DNA of 64,000 nt from Macrostomum hystrix (Eukaryota; Animalia; Platyhelminthes): assembly GCA_950097015.1 (NCBI GenBank), contig CATNEN010000038.1, positions 6,076,001 to 6,140,000 on the forward strand. Reading direction: 5' to 3'. Positions 22,559-43,905 of the stretch are shown here, piece after piece; positions within the stretch are counted from its first letter, which is position 1, and the number at the start of each line of letters is the position of its first letter. The notes below the pieces were generated by a model. That model did no database searches. It was not told where the DNA came from and was given only the letters and a program-made list of their open reading frames with translations. The position numbers and the translations under genes were made by a program.

Positions 22559-24778
22559 CGACGCCGCAGCAGTTGGCAGCTTTGCGCGCACTGGCTGCTC
22601 AAAATGCTCAGCGCATAGTTACAATGCAACAGCAACCGCCGCAGTTACCGCATCATCATCAGCAGCAGCAACAACAGCAGCAATCGGATCCGCGCGTGGG
22701 CAACCCGATGGTGCAGCCCAAGCCGAATTCTCCATTTGCTTCGTTTCGTCGCTGGCCTTTCGAATATGACAATTTCATGACCCGGCGCGACAAAGACTCC
22801 ATCATTGGCATCCAATGCCGGGTGCTGGAAAGAGAGATGGAAGATCCGGTTACCTCCGATTATTATTATATTACCTGGCGACTAAAGCAGGTGAATTCTC
22901 TTAACAGTAGTACTACCAAGCCATTTTGCCGCCCGCTTTTATGCCAAGGGATATTAAATATATAGGAAATTCCCCCCCCTGCATTTTTTGGCAGCGCCTG
23001 AATGCTTTTGGGTGGGTGGTGACTGATAGGTTTACAGAGTAAGCGAGAGAGTCCTGCTCCACCTAGATAAAGGTAGGTGACCACCGAAGACGGGAGATAA
23101 TACAGACACATTCGGTTGACATGCTGATAAAGTTTAAAAGCCTGGCCAGGCCGCACTGAGGCACAGTGCTAATTTGTGTACAGGGGTGTGTGAAATACAC
23201 TAGCGCTTATGGGAAAAATCCGACCTTCGCCCAGAACAGTTGAATATCTCGACGGTCTGAAGAGCTGGCGACTTGATTCTTGTTCCGTCTCCTTGAATTT
23301 AATGTGCTTGCGTTGCTCCGTTCAGGTGAAGCAAAAAATGTCAGTAGTTCTACTGTTAAAATAGGTATTTGAAGCAATAGATAAAGACTTGATCTAGGTG
23401 CCAATTCGATTTCTACCTCTCGAATCATAGGCCCGTCGCAACAATCCCGGCATCTTCCCGTCCATCCCGGTGCCTCGCTCAGCTGACGATCCGCTTGCCG
23501 ATCAGCAACTAGCAGGTGGAGAGGACGCTGCCAGCAGCGGCGCGGCACGTCGTGCGGCCGAGCTGCAGATGAGCGGCACTCTTGGCTGCCTGACCACCTC
23601 ATCAGTGCACACGCCGCGACAGATTATCGATATTAAGCGGCGCACTGGCGACTCCGCTGAGGTTGGCTTTATATAAGAGCTAAACAATTGCGTTTATATT
23701 TTAATATTTTTCAAGTCTTTCCTACAAACTGCATTCTAGGACACCCCGAATGCGCCATCGTCAAGCGCCCCTGCTGACCTCGAACTGCGGCGACACCGCG
23801 GCCTCATGCTGCGCATCGAATCGCTCTACTGCGTCTACCTGAGGTTCGACGACTGCGACAAGCGCTACCTGACTAGCACTGAGGCTGAGAAGCGTCACAT
23901 CTGTGTCACTGAGCGGCGTAAAGCCCTAGAGGCTCTGTGCGCGGGGTTCTTTGGCGACTCGGATCTGCCACTGCTGCTGTCGGTAAGTTTTTGGCTTATA
24001 AGCTAATCTATGAGACTTCAATCCCTCAGTCTCACAGTCAGTCACTTCACAAAGGCGCATTTTCGAACTTAGTGTTTAGAGTTTCATATTTGAGCACTTT
24101 TTGACTAATGCATTCCTATAATGTTTAATTTAATTAGCTTTACATAGCCACATAGCTACCTAAAGCTACACTGATGGAAAAATACGAGTAGAACCGGAAG
24201 TCGATAATCGCCTCAGTATTTTTTGTGTAAAGTCATTTTCACCTTTACATATTTAGGTTCGCAAGGGTCGCAGACTATTAAAAAGCGTTTTGAACAGCTG
24301 CGACAAAGATCTGCTGTTCTCTGCGTTGCGTTCTTTGCTAATCTGCCTGCCAGGCCTGCGACAGCAGCAGTTAGAGGCGGAGGGGCTCACTGAGCTGTCC
24401 CTGGCCTTCAGCGCCGCGATACGTCGCCTTGAGTCTAACATTGTGGAAGAACTGCTGAATTTTGCCTTGCAACTGGAGCCGTCAGCTCTGTTTGGTCACG
24501 AGCTTCCCTGCCACTGGTTCTTCGATCTGCTTGGCCGGCACTCGCACTTCTGCCTGGCCAGAGCCGATCCGCCAAGCCTGCGCCGCATGGCCGACCGGGT
24601 GGCCGGCATACTGACCGAGCTGCCTTCCGACAGCCTGGCCTGCATTGCCCAAGCCCTGCCCACAGCCGGCCAGCTGCACAGTCAGCTGGTTGATCACCTG
24701 GCACCGCCAGTGCGCCTACTGGCTGAGCGGAAATTTTCTCGCATCCTACTGCCGACCAGTGCCGCTGTTGAGAGCTAG
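21577..24778 (+). CDS. PATL1: PAT1/PATL1 mRNA decapping activator, about 769 aa. Exons 21577-22890, 23431-23661, 23740-23982, 24257-24778
   Basis: N-terminal GLNDETFG...DWEAEHERLA; P/Q-rich region; YDNFMTRRDKDSIIGIQ...DYYY; GTLGCLTTSSVHTPRQIID; LRIESLY; LSVRKGRRLL. All three introns are GT-AG, phase 0 and in frame. Confidence 0.9.
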
Positions 24779-26704
24779 ACGAATTTGAGCTCTAAATAAT
24801 AGTACAATGTAAGGGAAATAGACTAGCAATTCGCTCCTTTTTTATATTTTCAAAACTGAGCAATTGAATTTGCAGGAAACGCTTAGGAATGTGTTTATTT
24901 TATTAAATTATCTTCTGTGTTGACGATTTTTGTATTGAAGATGAGTTACTTTGCAATCAACTTCAAATCGTAGTATATTTGCTGCAGATTAATAATATCT
25001 CAGAAACATAAAAGGTTCCGTTGAAATGGGGAATATAAGGTACTTAGTAATTAATTAAAATATTTTAGTATATTGGACTAGCAACTTGACCCCCCTTCAT
25101 GTTACGCAGAATTTAAACAAATTACGGTTAGCCATAAAAAGCTTGGTTTATTTCGTAGTCTTTGTCGCTATATCGATGGCGTGTTAAGTACATTTGACAT
25201 CGTCGTTACTCTACCAGGCACTTGTTAAATAAAACAGGAACAGTAGTGCTTTTGTATGCGCAAACAGCTATTTTTTATGTTTGCCATATGCTTAAATATC
25301 AATATGTAAGTTTTGCATTAATTAGTTTGGTGTTCTCCAGTCGTCTGTTTACGAAAAAACCATGATGAAATGAAACGATATTTTTATTACTCTAAAGATT
25401 GATTTAATCCAGGTAAATTTTGTCAGTTTTGTAACTTTCTCGACCTCCGACCTCTCAACTCTATTAAAATTCGCCGCCCCTGGTTAATTAGTAAATAAAG
25501 ACTTGAACTGACATCAATTTGCCATTATTTTGTACTATGCCCTAGCCCTTTGCTTAAGTGAAAATTCTGACCGTAGTGTTAATGATGATTGTAATAGGAA
25601 CTGTTTTGTTTATTGTTTCTTTGTCGGTTTGTTTTAATTATTACCACTTCGCTGATGTTTCTCAGTAGTAAGCCTTGTGCTTTTCTTGTTTTTTATTTTA
25701 GCACAAAACTTTGCATGGCTGTTTAATCAATTGCAGTAACGTTATAGCATTCGTGTTCTTATGCCAGCGTTGCACTTTTAATGTCTGAATAACATCGCTC
25801 TCAAACTAAAAAATAAATTCCAAGAAAAAATCCTTTCACATAGTAAATATTCATTCCCAGAGGTCGATTATTATGGGAATTCCCACTTATTGTAAAATCC
25901 TTTTTTTGAAGCTCGAAATATTTTTTTCTGTAAAATCCGGTAAGAAGTACTAATATTTTCATTTTCGGAAATCCAGTCTATAACGCTGGGAATTTCCTCT
26001 TCTTGGGAATACCGTCTACAATTCTGGGAATTCCCTTTTCTTGGAAATTCCGTTTATAATTCTGGGAATTCCCTTCTCTTGGATCTTGTATTTGTCCTGC
26101 ATATTATTTATATGCTGGAGGTATTTCAAAGTAAAAATCACAGGCTTATTCATTAGTGTTTGCTGAACAGCCTTGCATTTTTACGAGTATATTGACAATG
26201 AGAACATTAGAACTTAACGTATTCTTATTGTTACCTTTCTTTGTAAGCCAAAAAGTGCGCAGTGAAACTAATATTTGAGTGGGTGTTCTACTCAAAACAT
26301 CACAAAATATAATCATATTTTTTGTGAAAAAAATTGTCCCTTCTGTTCATTTTATTGTGCCACCCTTCTTAAATTCAAAGTCAACCTTTTCTCAAGCAGT
26401 GAGGTTCATTATTAATAAATTAAACTAATTGATATAGGAAATTGGTTTGCGAAAATCTAAGTTTTTCATTTACTAGCAAAGCCACAATACCGCTTGTCTC
26501 GACTTGTTTTTTTCTTGACCCTTAGCTTATTGTCGCTATTTATTATCTGCACAGTTTTTCTAGTGCCACCTATCTCAATTTCAGCGCCACCAAGCCTTAT
26601 AATTTATAACTTATAACTATAACTTATAGACATCTTACCTCATTAGTGAGATGTCTTATGTGTCATGTCTCAATACTCATATCTCATGTTTCTAGAACAT
26701 GTCT

Positions 26705-26975
26705 CACCTTAAACGGGGCAACTTCCCATCAAGACAATTATCACACCTTTAACGGGACACCTGCCCATCAAGACAATTATCACACCTTTAACGGGGCACC
26801 TACCCATCAAGACAATTATCACACCTTTAACGGGGCACCTACCCATCAAGACAATTATCACACCTTTAACGGGACACCTACCCATCAAGACAATTATCAC
26901 ACCTTTAACGGGACACCTGCCCCTCAAGATAATTATCACACCTTTAACTGGACATCTGCCCCACCAGTTAATTAT
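26705..26975. repeat. 39-bp minisatellite (cacctttaacgggacacctacccatcaagacaattatca)n upstream of DHX8
   Basis: About 6-7 direct copies, with degenerate units continuing to about 27125. Confidence 0.9.
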
Positions 26976-27203
26976 CTCACCTTGAAACTAACACATGTCC
27001 TTAGCGCTCGAGAAAAGGTCGACTTTGAATTTAAGAACTCTTTAAGACCGGGTACACCTTTCCCTCAAGGTAATTATCTAGCATTGAAATCAACACCTGT
27101 CGTTAGATAATTATCACACCTTAAGTAGACCTGTTTATCCGCTTATAATGCAGCAGCGTTTTAATTACTCACCAATTCCAGCAACAAGCAAACAGAGCCA
27201 ACA

Positions 27204-34634
<7,431 letters not shown>

Positions 34635-34777
34635 AGCCGCTGAAGTCTCGCTTACTGTCCGCGCTATTCTATCTTTCATTTTTATTGCCTTTTAACATCA
34701 ACTATGGGCTTTTTGAACTTTTGCAAACAGAAAACACCAATTCGATTGCTTCTATTTGCTATAAAGACAACATGTGA

Positions 34778-37068
34778 TTCTCAAAATGTGTTATCTAAGC
34801 CCCCCATAACAGGTGTGCTCACTACCTGTTCTCAGAATATGTTATCTAAGCCTCCCATAACAGGTGTGCTCACTACCTGTTCTCAGAATATGTTATCTAA
34901 GCCTCCCATAACAGGTGTGCTCACTACCTGTTCTCAGAATATGTTATCTAAGCCCCCCATAACAGGTGTGCTCACTACATGTTCTCAGAATATGTTATCT
35001 ATGCCTCCCATAACAGGTGTGCTCACTAACTTTTCTCAGAATATGTTATCTATGCCTCTCATAACAGGTGTGATCACTAACTTTTCTCAGAATATGTTAT
35101 CTAAGCCTCCCATAACAGGTGTGCTCACTACCTGTTCTCAGAATATGTTATCTATGCCTCTCATAGCAGGTGTGCTCACTACCTGTTCTCAGAATATGTT
35201 ATCTAAGCCTCCCATAACAGGTGTGCTCACTACCTGTTCTCAGAATATGTTATCTAAGCCTCCCATAACAGGTGTGCTCACTACCTGTTCTCAGAATATG
35301 TTATCTAAGCCTCCCATAACAGGTGTGCTCACTACCTGTTCTCAGAATATGTTATCTAAGCCTCCCATAACAGGTGTGCTCACTACCTGTTCTCATATTA
35401 TGTTATCTAAGCCTCCCATAACAGGTGTGCTCACTACCTGTTCTCAGAATATGTTATCTAAGCCTCCCATAACAGGTGGCTCACTACCTGTTCTCAGAAT
35501 ATGTTATCTAAGCCTCTCATAACAGGTGTGCTCACTACCTGTTCTCAGAATATGTTATCTAAGCCTCTCATAACAGGTGGCTCACTACCTGTTCTCAGAA
35601 TATGTTATCTAAGCCTCCCATAACAGGTGTGCTCACTACCTGTTCTCAGAATATGTTATCTATGCCTCCCATAACAGGTGTGCTCACTAACTTTTCTCAG
35701 AATATGTTATCTATGCCTCTCATAACAGGTGTGATCACTAACTTTTCTCAGAATATGTTATCTAAGCCTCCCATAACAGGTGTGCTCACTACCTGTTCTC
35801 AGAATATGTTATCTATGCCTCTCATAGCAGGTGTGCTCACTACCTGTTCTCAGAATATGTTATCTAAGCCTCCCATAACAGGTGTGCTCACTACCTGTTC
35901 TCAGAATATGTTATCTAAGCCTCCCATAACAGGTGTGCTCACTACCTGTTCTCAGAATATGTTATCTAAGCCTCCCATAACAGGTGTGCTCACTACCTGT
36001 TCTCAGAATATGTTATCTAAGCCTCCCATAACAGGTGTGCTCACTACCTGTTCTCATATTATGTTATCTAAGCCTCCCATAACAGGTGTGCTCACTACCT
36101 GTTCTCAGAATATGTTATCTAAGCCTCCCATAACAGGTGGCTCACTACCTGTTCTCAGAATATGTTATCTAAGCCTCTCATAACAGGTGTGCTCACTACC
36201 TGTTCTCAGAATATGTTATCTAAGCCTCTCATAACAGGTGGCTCACTACCTGTTCTCAGAATATGTTATCTAAGCCTCCCATAACAGGTGTGCTCACTAC
36301 CTGTTCTCAGAATATGTTATCTAAGCCTCCCATAACAGGTGTGCTCACTACCTGTTCTCATATTATGTTATCTAAGCCTCCCATAACAGGTGTGCTCACT
36401 ACCTGTTCTCAGAATATGTTATCTAAGCCTCCCATAACAGGTGGCTCACTACCTGTTCTCAGAATATGTTATCTAAGCCTCTCATAACAGGTGTGCTCAC
36501 TACCTGTTCTCAGAATATGTTATCTAAGCCTCTCATAACAGGTGGCTCACTACCTGTTCTCAGAATATGTTATCTAAGCCTCTCATAACAGGTGTGCTCA
36601 CTACCTGTTCTCAGAATATGTTATCTAAGCCTCCCATAACAGGTGGCTCACTACCTGTTCTCAGAATATGTTATCTAAGCCTCTCATAACAGGTGGCTCA
36701 CTACCTGTTCTCAGAATATGTTATCTAAGCCTCTCATAAGAGGTGTGCTCACTACCTGTTCTCAGAATATGTTATCTAAGCCTCCCATAACAGGTGGCTC
36801 ACTACCTGTTCTCAGAATATGTTATCTAAGCCTCTCATAGCAGGTGTGCTCACTACCTGTTCTCAGAATATGTTATCTAAGCCTCCCATAACAGGTGTGC
36901 TCACTACCTGTTCTCAGAATATGTTATCTAAGCCTCTCATAGCAGGTGTGCTCACTACCTGTTCTCAGAATATGTTATCTAAGCCTCCCATAACAGGTGT
37001 GCTCACTACCTGTTCTCAGAATATGTTATCTATGCCTCTCATAGCAGGTGTGCTCACTACCTGCTCTC
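34778..37068. repeat. 51-bp satellite with a 661-bp higher-order duplication, downstream of DHX8
   Basis: Unit gttctcagaatatgttatctaagcctcccataacaggtgtgctcactacct, with 50-bp variants. Diagnostic variants recur at +661 (35030 and 35691). Confidence 0.95.
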
Positions 37069-37870
37069 AAAATTCGTTGTCCAGACCTTGTCAAAGCAGA
37101 CCTTGAACTCAGTACATAAATTCAAATGTGTATCTGTACATCAGACCACTCTTGTTAAGCATCTATAACTTACCAGGTTATCGCATTTTTTATTAAGTTT
37201 TTACCAATATTTCAAGTTAATTAAAATTCAAGGGTTTCCTGCAGTTTAATTATTTTGCTAATTTGTTGTCTGAGTCTGTCTATGTAAATAAACATTTTAT
37301 ATTCTCGCGTTCGAATTTTCATGGTAACTTGAGTAGCAATTTCTGCCTAGAAATTGCAATTAAAGAATTTCTAAATCACAGTCCTTTGTCTTGAACATTT
37401 AACATTGCAGAGTCAGGCGTGCCAACCGAGTCCGCTGCTGCAACAGATGCGCTGAATGAATCCTTTTTTAGTGGGCCCTGAAATAGATTATAAAAGTTTA
37501 ACGGAGTCAAGTAATTTGCTGCAGCTAAAGCACGTCAGATAAAGTAAAATATCACCCATCACTCACAATATCAACGCATAAAATAGTGCAGTGTGCTCAA
37601 GCTTTGTACTCAGTGTACTCAGCAGTGTACTCAAGCAGTGTACTCAAGCTTTTAGTAAGTAAATGTAAGCATTTCAGAGATTAATATATACCAAATCGAT
37701 CTCCATATGCATTGCAGGAATTGAAGAGAGCTATGAGTAGCGAAGCGGTGACAAACAGAAGCACTTTAGCCATTTTAACAAATCTTGCTTTAAAAAGAAT
37801 TTTGTGGACGTCTCCTTGTGCCTTACAAGTAGCCTGCTTGCTGTGGGCACGAGTGAGCGCTGATTTTTAG

Positions 37871-38524
37871 GGGTCGATGAGATTTGCCCGCCGAGATTTG
37901 CCCGGCAATTATGGTCGGCAGCACCTTGACTCTTGCAATCTCACTCCTGCTTCTGACCACGGGCTCTGAGATTTCTCTCTGATCCTGTGGATCAGTGTCC
38001 AAAAATAATGAAATCGCCCGTCATGACCTGCACTGGCACTGCTGGTGTCGTTTGCCTCATTGGCTTCTAAACTTTAACTGTGGCATTGTGGCTTTGAGAA
38101 ATGTGTTGCATTTTTGGTTTTGACGTTTTGGAAAGTTTATTGATGAGGCCGGGGCATTAAAGGGCCTTGCATTATAGGGAATGCATTCGAACTACAGCCC
38201 ACATCATACTCAGCAAAAGCTGTGCATTTTGAAAACGGTGGCAGAAGTAAGTGTCGAGTCCCCAGAATTCCAAGTTCCGCAACAGTTCCACCGGCACAAA
38301 TTCCAGCCACCTTCGAAAAGTGATTACAAAAATTAGGAAAAGGGCCAGAAAATTGATGGAAATGCTGAGTATTGGAAATTATACATTGCGGGAAAAACTT
38401 GGCGGGAAAAACTAAGCGGGAAAATCTCGGCGGGCAAGTCTCCACGGGAAATTCGTTCGCGGGAAAAGCTCCTGCGGGCAAATCTCGGCGGGGCAATTCG
38501 TGTGCGGGCAATTCTCGTGCTCCC
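37871..38524. mobile_element. Non-autonomous TIR element, MULE/Mutator-like
   Basis: Imperfect TIRs gggtcgatgagatttgcccgc and gcgggcaattctcgtgctccc; arrays of subterminal gcggg(a/c)aaa motifs; flanking duplication gattttta(g/a) of 8-9 bp. Confidence 0.65.
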
Positions 38525-39765
38525 GATTTTTAAGCAAGAAAAGCCATAGACTATGGACAAGATATTTATCAGTCGTATTATACGGCTCGAGGTCCGAATC
38601 AGTTTTAGTTACTTTTCTGCAGTTTATATGTTATTTAAATAACATAATGTAAAAAACGCAAAAAACACGGCCCTCAGCCGTTCAAGGCCATAGACAACCG
38701 CGTTTTTATGTTGGGGTTTAATTAATATGGTATTCAATGCCGCTCGGCTTGACCCATAGACGATAATTACTCGTAATGTGTCTTCGCTATTTTTTTCTGT
38801 TTAAAAGCTATTAATGAATTCCGTTAATTTTTTGGATGCTTTTCGTAACAATTCTAAAATTCGAAAAATATTAGATTTTAGAAGACAATGACCTCGATCT
38901 GTCACCTGTCATCAGTCAGGATCTGAAGTTCATAACATGTGTACTTACCAAGTTTTTTTCAAAATACTACTCAAACCTGTCATAACAGGTCTACTAACTA
39001 CCTGTTCTCAAGCGTGTTCTCTAAGCCGTTCAGAACAGGTGTGCTCACTATTTTTTCTCACAACATGCCCTTGTAGTCAGATTAAATCCAGATATGCGGT
39101 AATGGATAACTGGCTTCTGTTTTATGTCCACTAAAAAGTTATACTCAAATAATTACAATTATGTATAAAATAATTCTGAAACAATTGAAATCACATTTCA
39201 TTTCTGCATTGGCAAAGTACTGGATTATCTGAGTTGCTTTGGCTCTGAAATTGCTCCTTTATTAAGCATTGCCCAAAGAGAAAACATTTTAATATGTAAA
39301 TGATGCAACTGACAAGATCTCCTTTGCGTCAAATAATAATCACCTGAGTCGAAATCCAGTCTAGCAGAAGCAGAGCTCTCAAAGACCCGTGAGCCGAATT
39401 GGAGCTTCCAGCAGCTGCGAGGAAACACAGGCGTTTTGTGGCTCTATCGAGGAAATGGCGAGTTGCTTTCAACGAAGCATCAACTGAGGAAAAATAATAG
39501 AAAAAAGTTTGAGTATTGGATGAAGGCTCAAAATAATAGTCTTTTAACTTTTTAAAGTTTGCTTTTAGAGTCAGCTGCTGTTCTTGTGTTCGACGCGCTC
39601 ACGGAGCGTCTGGGATGGTTTGGCTTAATAAGTTACTACGTTTCCGTTGACGAAGTTTCTTTAAATAGTTTTAACAAAAATTAATTCGTGCTCTTTTTTT
39701 ACTGCCGTGAGCGCCATCGTCGTTGATCCTTCTTAAAGTACATTTGTCGTCACGCCTATGCAAAG

Positions 39766-42188
39766 TCAGTTCTCAGCTTTCCTATTTAGGTAGGCCTCGA
39801 TGCCTTTTGGTCTGAGCGTCGGTAGCAGTCGAAAGTCGATGTCCTCCAGAAACTGAAACTCCATCAGCTGGTCGAGCGAGGGCCGCTTCTCCGGCCGCCT
39901 GTCCAGCGCTTTTTCAACAAAGCGGCACGAGTCGCGCCCGATCCGACTGGCGTAGCGGCGAGGCATCTCGAAGCGCCAATCTGGCGCCGTGTGCTTCGTC
40001 TGACTCCACGGTAGCGACTTAAACCTGCAGTGCGTGTTATGAGCGGGGAATCAGAGATTGTAAACCCTGCAGTTTTGGTAGCAGAGTTTTTGAGCGGACT
40101 CAAAAACCAGTTCGATTCTCCTACCATAGTCCCTTAGCTAAAATCCGCGGTGGTGCCACATTAATTTGTGCTCGCTGCCTGAGGATTAAACTCAAGGCCA
40201 GGGCTGCACACCCACGTACTCAGGGATCATCGGAATGCGCCAATTATAACTTGTTGATTGACCCTCAAAAGTGTAAGCCTTCTCTTATTGGCTGCTTCAT
40301 GAATTTCTGAGGATACGGAAGGCGAGACATCAGACATGCGTTAACAATGAGGCTACTTAGAAGGGTTTTTATGTTCTGCAATTGGACTATTGTCACCTAC
40401 AATGACTGATGAACTCTTCGGTTTAACGATGTCAAGAGACTCACACTCCGAGTCCGACGGTCAGCTCTAAGGCCAGGTAGCCGATGCCCCAGCTGTCCAC
40501 TTTCTCCGTCACACCCTTCGGATCGGCGTAAACCTCTGGTGCGATGTACGCGGCAAAGTAGAAGCTGGTGCTGGTGTTGCGAACGCTCGGCTTGTTGTGG
40601 CTCTTGGCCATGCCGAAGTCGATGAGCTTAGGCTGAAAGTCGTTCATGACCACCACATTCTCAGCTTTGAGGTCGCGAAATATGAAATTATTTTTGTGCA
40701 CGTAGCGTACAGCCGACAGAATGCAAGCCACGTAGTAAGCCGCAATGGGCTTCGGCATGCAGCCGTGACGACACACCATGGACCAGAGGCTGCCGCGAGA
40801 CCCATAGTCCATCACCAGGCAGTAGAAATTGCTCGTCAGGTAGGCGTGCTTGAGACTGAGTGATTCGGTTTGACGGAGGAGCGTGAATACCAACAATCTA
40901 ATTATTAGATTTTATTTTAGTAGAAGCCTTTAACAAAGCGTAGTGAAGTTTCAGCCTTGTGAAATCAGTTCCCGGAATTGGGTGCATTCTTCGCGATGGG
41001 CACCTGTGTTTGACTTGACTTTTCGTGCACTAGGCACAATCTAAGCAATACAGCAAAATAAAAAAGGTCACGTCCAATAACCCACTCTGTACTCACTCAA
41101 TGATGAAATGATGTCGCAGATCCTTCAATAAAAACACTTCGCGTAGGTCGCGCTTCCAAGATTTTGTCCGCTGCTTCTTTCGGCGCTCCTTGAACTTCAT
41201 CACCAGCTCTTCGCCAGTGCCGCTGCGGCGCACAATATAGACCACACCCTGGCCACCCTGGAAGACGCGAGTGCGCGCCAATTTGAAATCTTTTAACGCC
41301 ACCGCTGACGATTTAGTAGCCGAGGAATTTTCAGCAACGTTCGCAGTGGCGATGGCGGTACTGCTGTGCCACTCGGAGATCACCGGTGTGGCCACTTTTT
41401 CGGCGAACTGCTCGAGAAGGATGCAGGAGCAGACTGCGTCCTTCTTGTTCTGGTGTTTTCCGGTTGGGCATTCGGTCACTCCGGACTCACCGGGAGTAGC
41501 ATCCGCCGCAGCGTCGACATTTTTCTGCTCCGGCTCCAGCTTTGAGTCCGCAGCAGCCGCGCCGGCTTCGTCACTGCGGTTCCTGTCCTCCTCGACCGAC
41601 TGTTTATCCTCTTCCTCATCGTCCGACTGCTTAGAGCTGTCTCCTGCGCGGATTTTTTCGAATCCAGATTTATTCAGACTTACGAGCATAATAAAACTGG
41701 GAGGTTTAAACTCTTTCCTACCGTTTGGCAAATTCACAGCAAACTTTGGTATCTACTCTTAGTAGCTCAGGTATAGCTACAACAGCGAAGAAAAAACGAG
41801 CGCCTTCCGTCTCACCTGGAATGATGATCTTCTGCCGTGGCGGCCTGTTAGATGCGCCCGCTCGTGGCTCAGCTTCGCTAGGCAGAACCTGGAGCTGACG
41901 CTTGGGCTGCAGCAGCTGCTGATGACTCACTGTCGAGTTGGAAGAGTTGCTCTGGGACAAGCGCGGACACTTGTACAGCAGCTCATTGGCTGCCGACTGT
42001 CCCGCAGTTTCATCTGCTGACATTGTCACTAGGATGGAGGCAGCGGCAGACGCGACAGTTGAAGCGGACACGTTGGCGGTGGCATCTGATGCAGCTTCGG
42101 ACATAAGACCTGCATTCTGCTGGTTCTGCCGTTTGAAGCCAATCAACTTCAACCGATGGCCGAAGCCACCGCCGCCAAACACAGTCAT
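39766..42188 (-). CDS. Divergent Ser/Thr protein kinase (AGC-like). Exons about 42188-41816, 41643-41097, 40855-40445, 40024-39766; start uncertain
   Basis: FQGGQGVVY, LVMK, LREVFLL, HHFII|DLKHAY, LVMDY, FRDLKAEN, LIDFGMA, YIAPEV, DSWGIG, PEKRPS. Splice phases 1, 2 and 2 give a continuous frame. Confidence 0.85.
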
Positions 42189-42456
42189 TCCTGTCTGACC
42201 CGTTTTTCTCTGAGAGTCCAGCTGCACTTTTCAATATCCTTTGCGCGCCCGTTGATTGTAACCCGCGGCTGTTTTAGTGCGCTCGCGAGGCTCACGTTGG
42301 CTTTGGCCTAACTCCAGACTCGCATATATAACGCATACGCTGCATCGCTGATCCGGCCATAGATTATCAACGCAGACTTGAGCAAATGCCAAGCAAGAGT
42401 GCGCATTCGACGCCAAGAATAACCCGCTGCTTAAAAAATTCAAAATATTTTTTTTG

Positions 42457-42700
42457 GAGGGGTTGTAGCCTAGAATCCTAGATGTTAGACCGTCGGACTC
42501 ACGAATTGGAGGTCGGGGGTTCCAACGTTAAATGGGTACCAACGTTAGCTTTGTGTTATTTCAGGGTAGGTGTGGCGTCGCCCCAGTCCATGGACTGAAC
42601 AGCCGTACGCAGCCTTCTGATACGCCGCGCAATTGCTGCGGCTGTGCTGTCGGCTGCGCATCTGGCCCGATTAAGGCAGGTGTCAAAAATTAATTATTTA
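42457..42700 (+). mobile_element. Second copy of the tRNA-derived SINE, with central deletion and a longer 3' part
   Basis: ggttgtagcctag...cgtcggactcacga...ggtcgggggttc then gttaaatgggt, shared with 13883-14027; ends in an AT-rich tail. Confidence 0.65.
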
Positions 42701-43270
42701 ATTAAAGTTATATCTCTAAAATTCTTATTATTTCACGTATTAATCCTCCCACACTTGCACTCCATCCAATAATATTTTCTATACGATTTCACGCGCAAGT
42801 AGAAAATTTCCTTACGCATCGAACAAGCCATGCAATGCCCTGAAATCGAACCAGTAGTAAAATTTTTTTTTCGGTTTTGCAATCTAAGAGATTCGAGATT
42901 ATCGAGGAAAATTTTTTTTCAAGATCACATCAAAAATCCCTAGTCAGACCTGACATTTACCTACCATAGCCTGAAGCTAAACAGACGGGAACCTTCAAAT
43001 TTTTTCACTGCCAACAATTACTGTAGATTTCAAATAACCTTCAAACCCACAGGGTCGCTATGAGCGACCTCTGCTGCGAGTCCTTGGCAGCCAATTAGTC
43101 TAGCAATTAGGCCATGCAATGCTTAGACAGTTTTGCTTGGCGAAAGCTGATGTAGTTGAAAGATACTGACTTCTTTCCCCTTGCTTTCTGTAACCATTTC
43201 TGATTTTTGGCAGCTTCAAGCCTTCCTGCTATATCCGAAACACTAAGAGCAGCAATGGGACACGGATGCA

Positions 43271-43905
43271 TCACAATGAGATCAGAGAGTGCGATAGACC
43301 ACTCACAATGAGATCAGAGAGTGCAATAGGCCACTCACAATGAGATCAGAGAGTGCAATAGGCCACTCACAATGAGATCAGAGAGTGCGATAGACCACTC
43401 ACAATGAGATCAGAGAGTGCAATAGACCACTCACAATGAGATCAGAGAGTGCAATAGACCACTCACAATGAGATCAGAGAGTGCAATAGACCACTCACAA
43501 TGAGATCAGAGAGTGCGATAGACCACTCACAATGAGATCAGAGAGTGCAATAGACCACTCACAATGAGATCAGAGAGTGCAATAGACCACTCACAATGCG
43601 ATCAGAGATTTTGTGCAATAGACCACTCACAATGAGATCAGAGATGTTGTGCAATAGACCACTCACAATGAGATCAGAGATGTTGTGCAATAGACCACTC
43701 ACAATGAGATCAGAGATGTTGTGCAATAGACCACTCACAATGAGATCAGAGATTTTGTGCAATAGACCACTCACAATGAGATCAGAGATGTTGTGCAATA
43801 GACCACTCACAATGAGATCAGAGATGTTGTGCAATAGACCACTCACAATGAGATCGGAGAGTGCAATAGACCACTCACAATGAGATCAGAGATTTTGTGC
43901 AATAG
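43271..43905. repeat. Minisatellite switching from a 32-bp to a 36-bp unit (cactcacaatgagatcagaga[tgtt]gtgcaatagac)
   Basis: Direct tandem copies. Confidence 0.95.

Noticed and set aside
34704-37106. ORFs with repeated CSQNMLSKPPITGVLTT
   Set aside because: By-product of a 51-bp satellite; 50-bp variants break the frame repeatedly.
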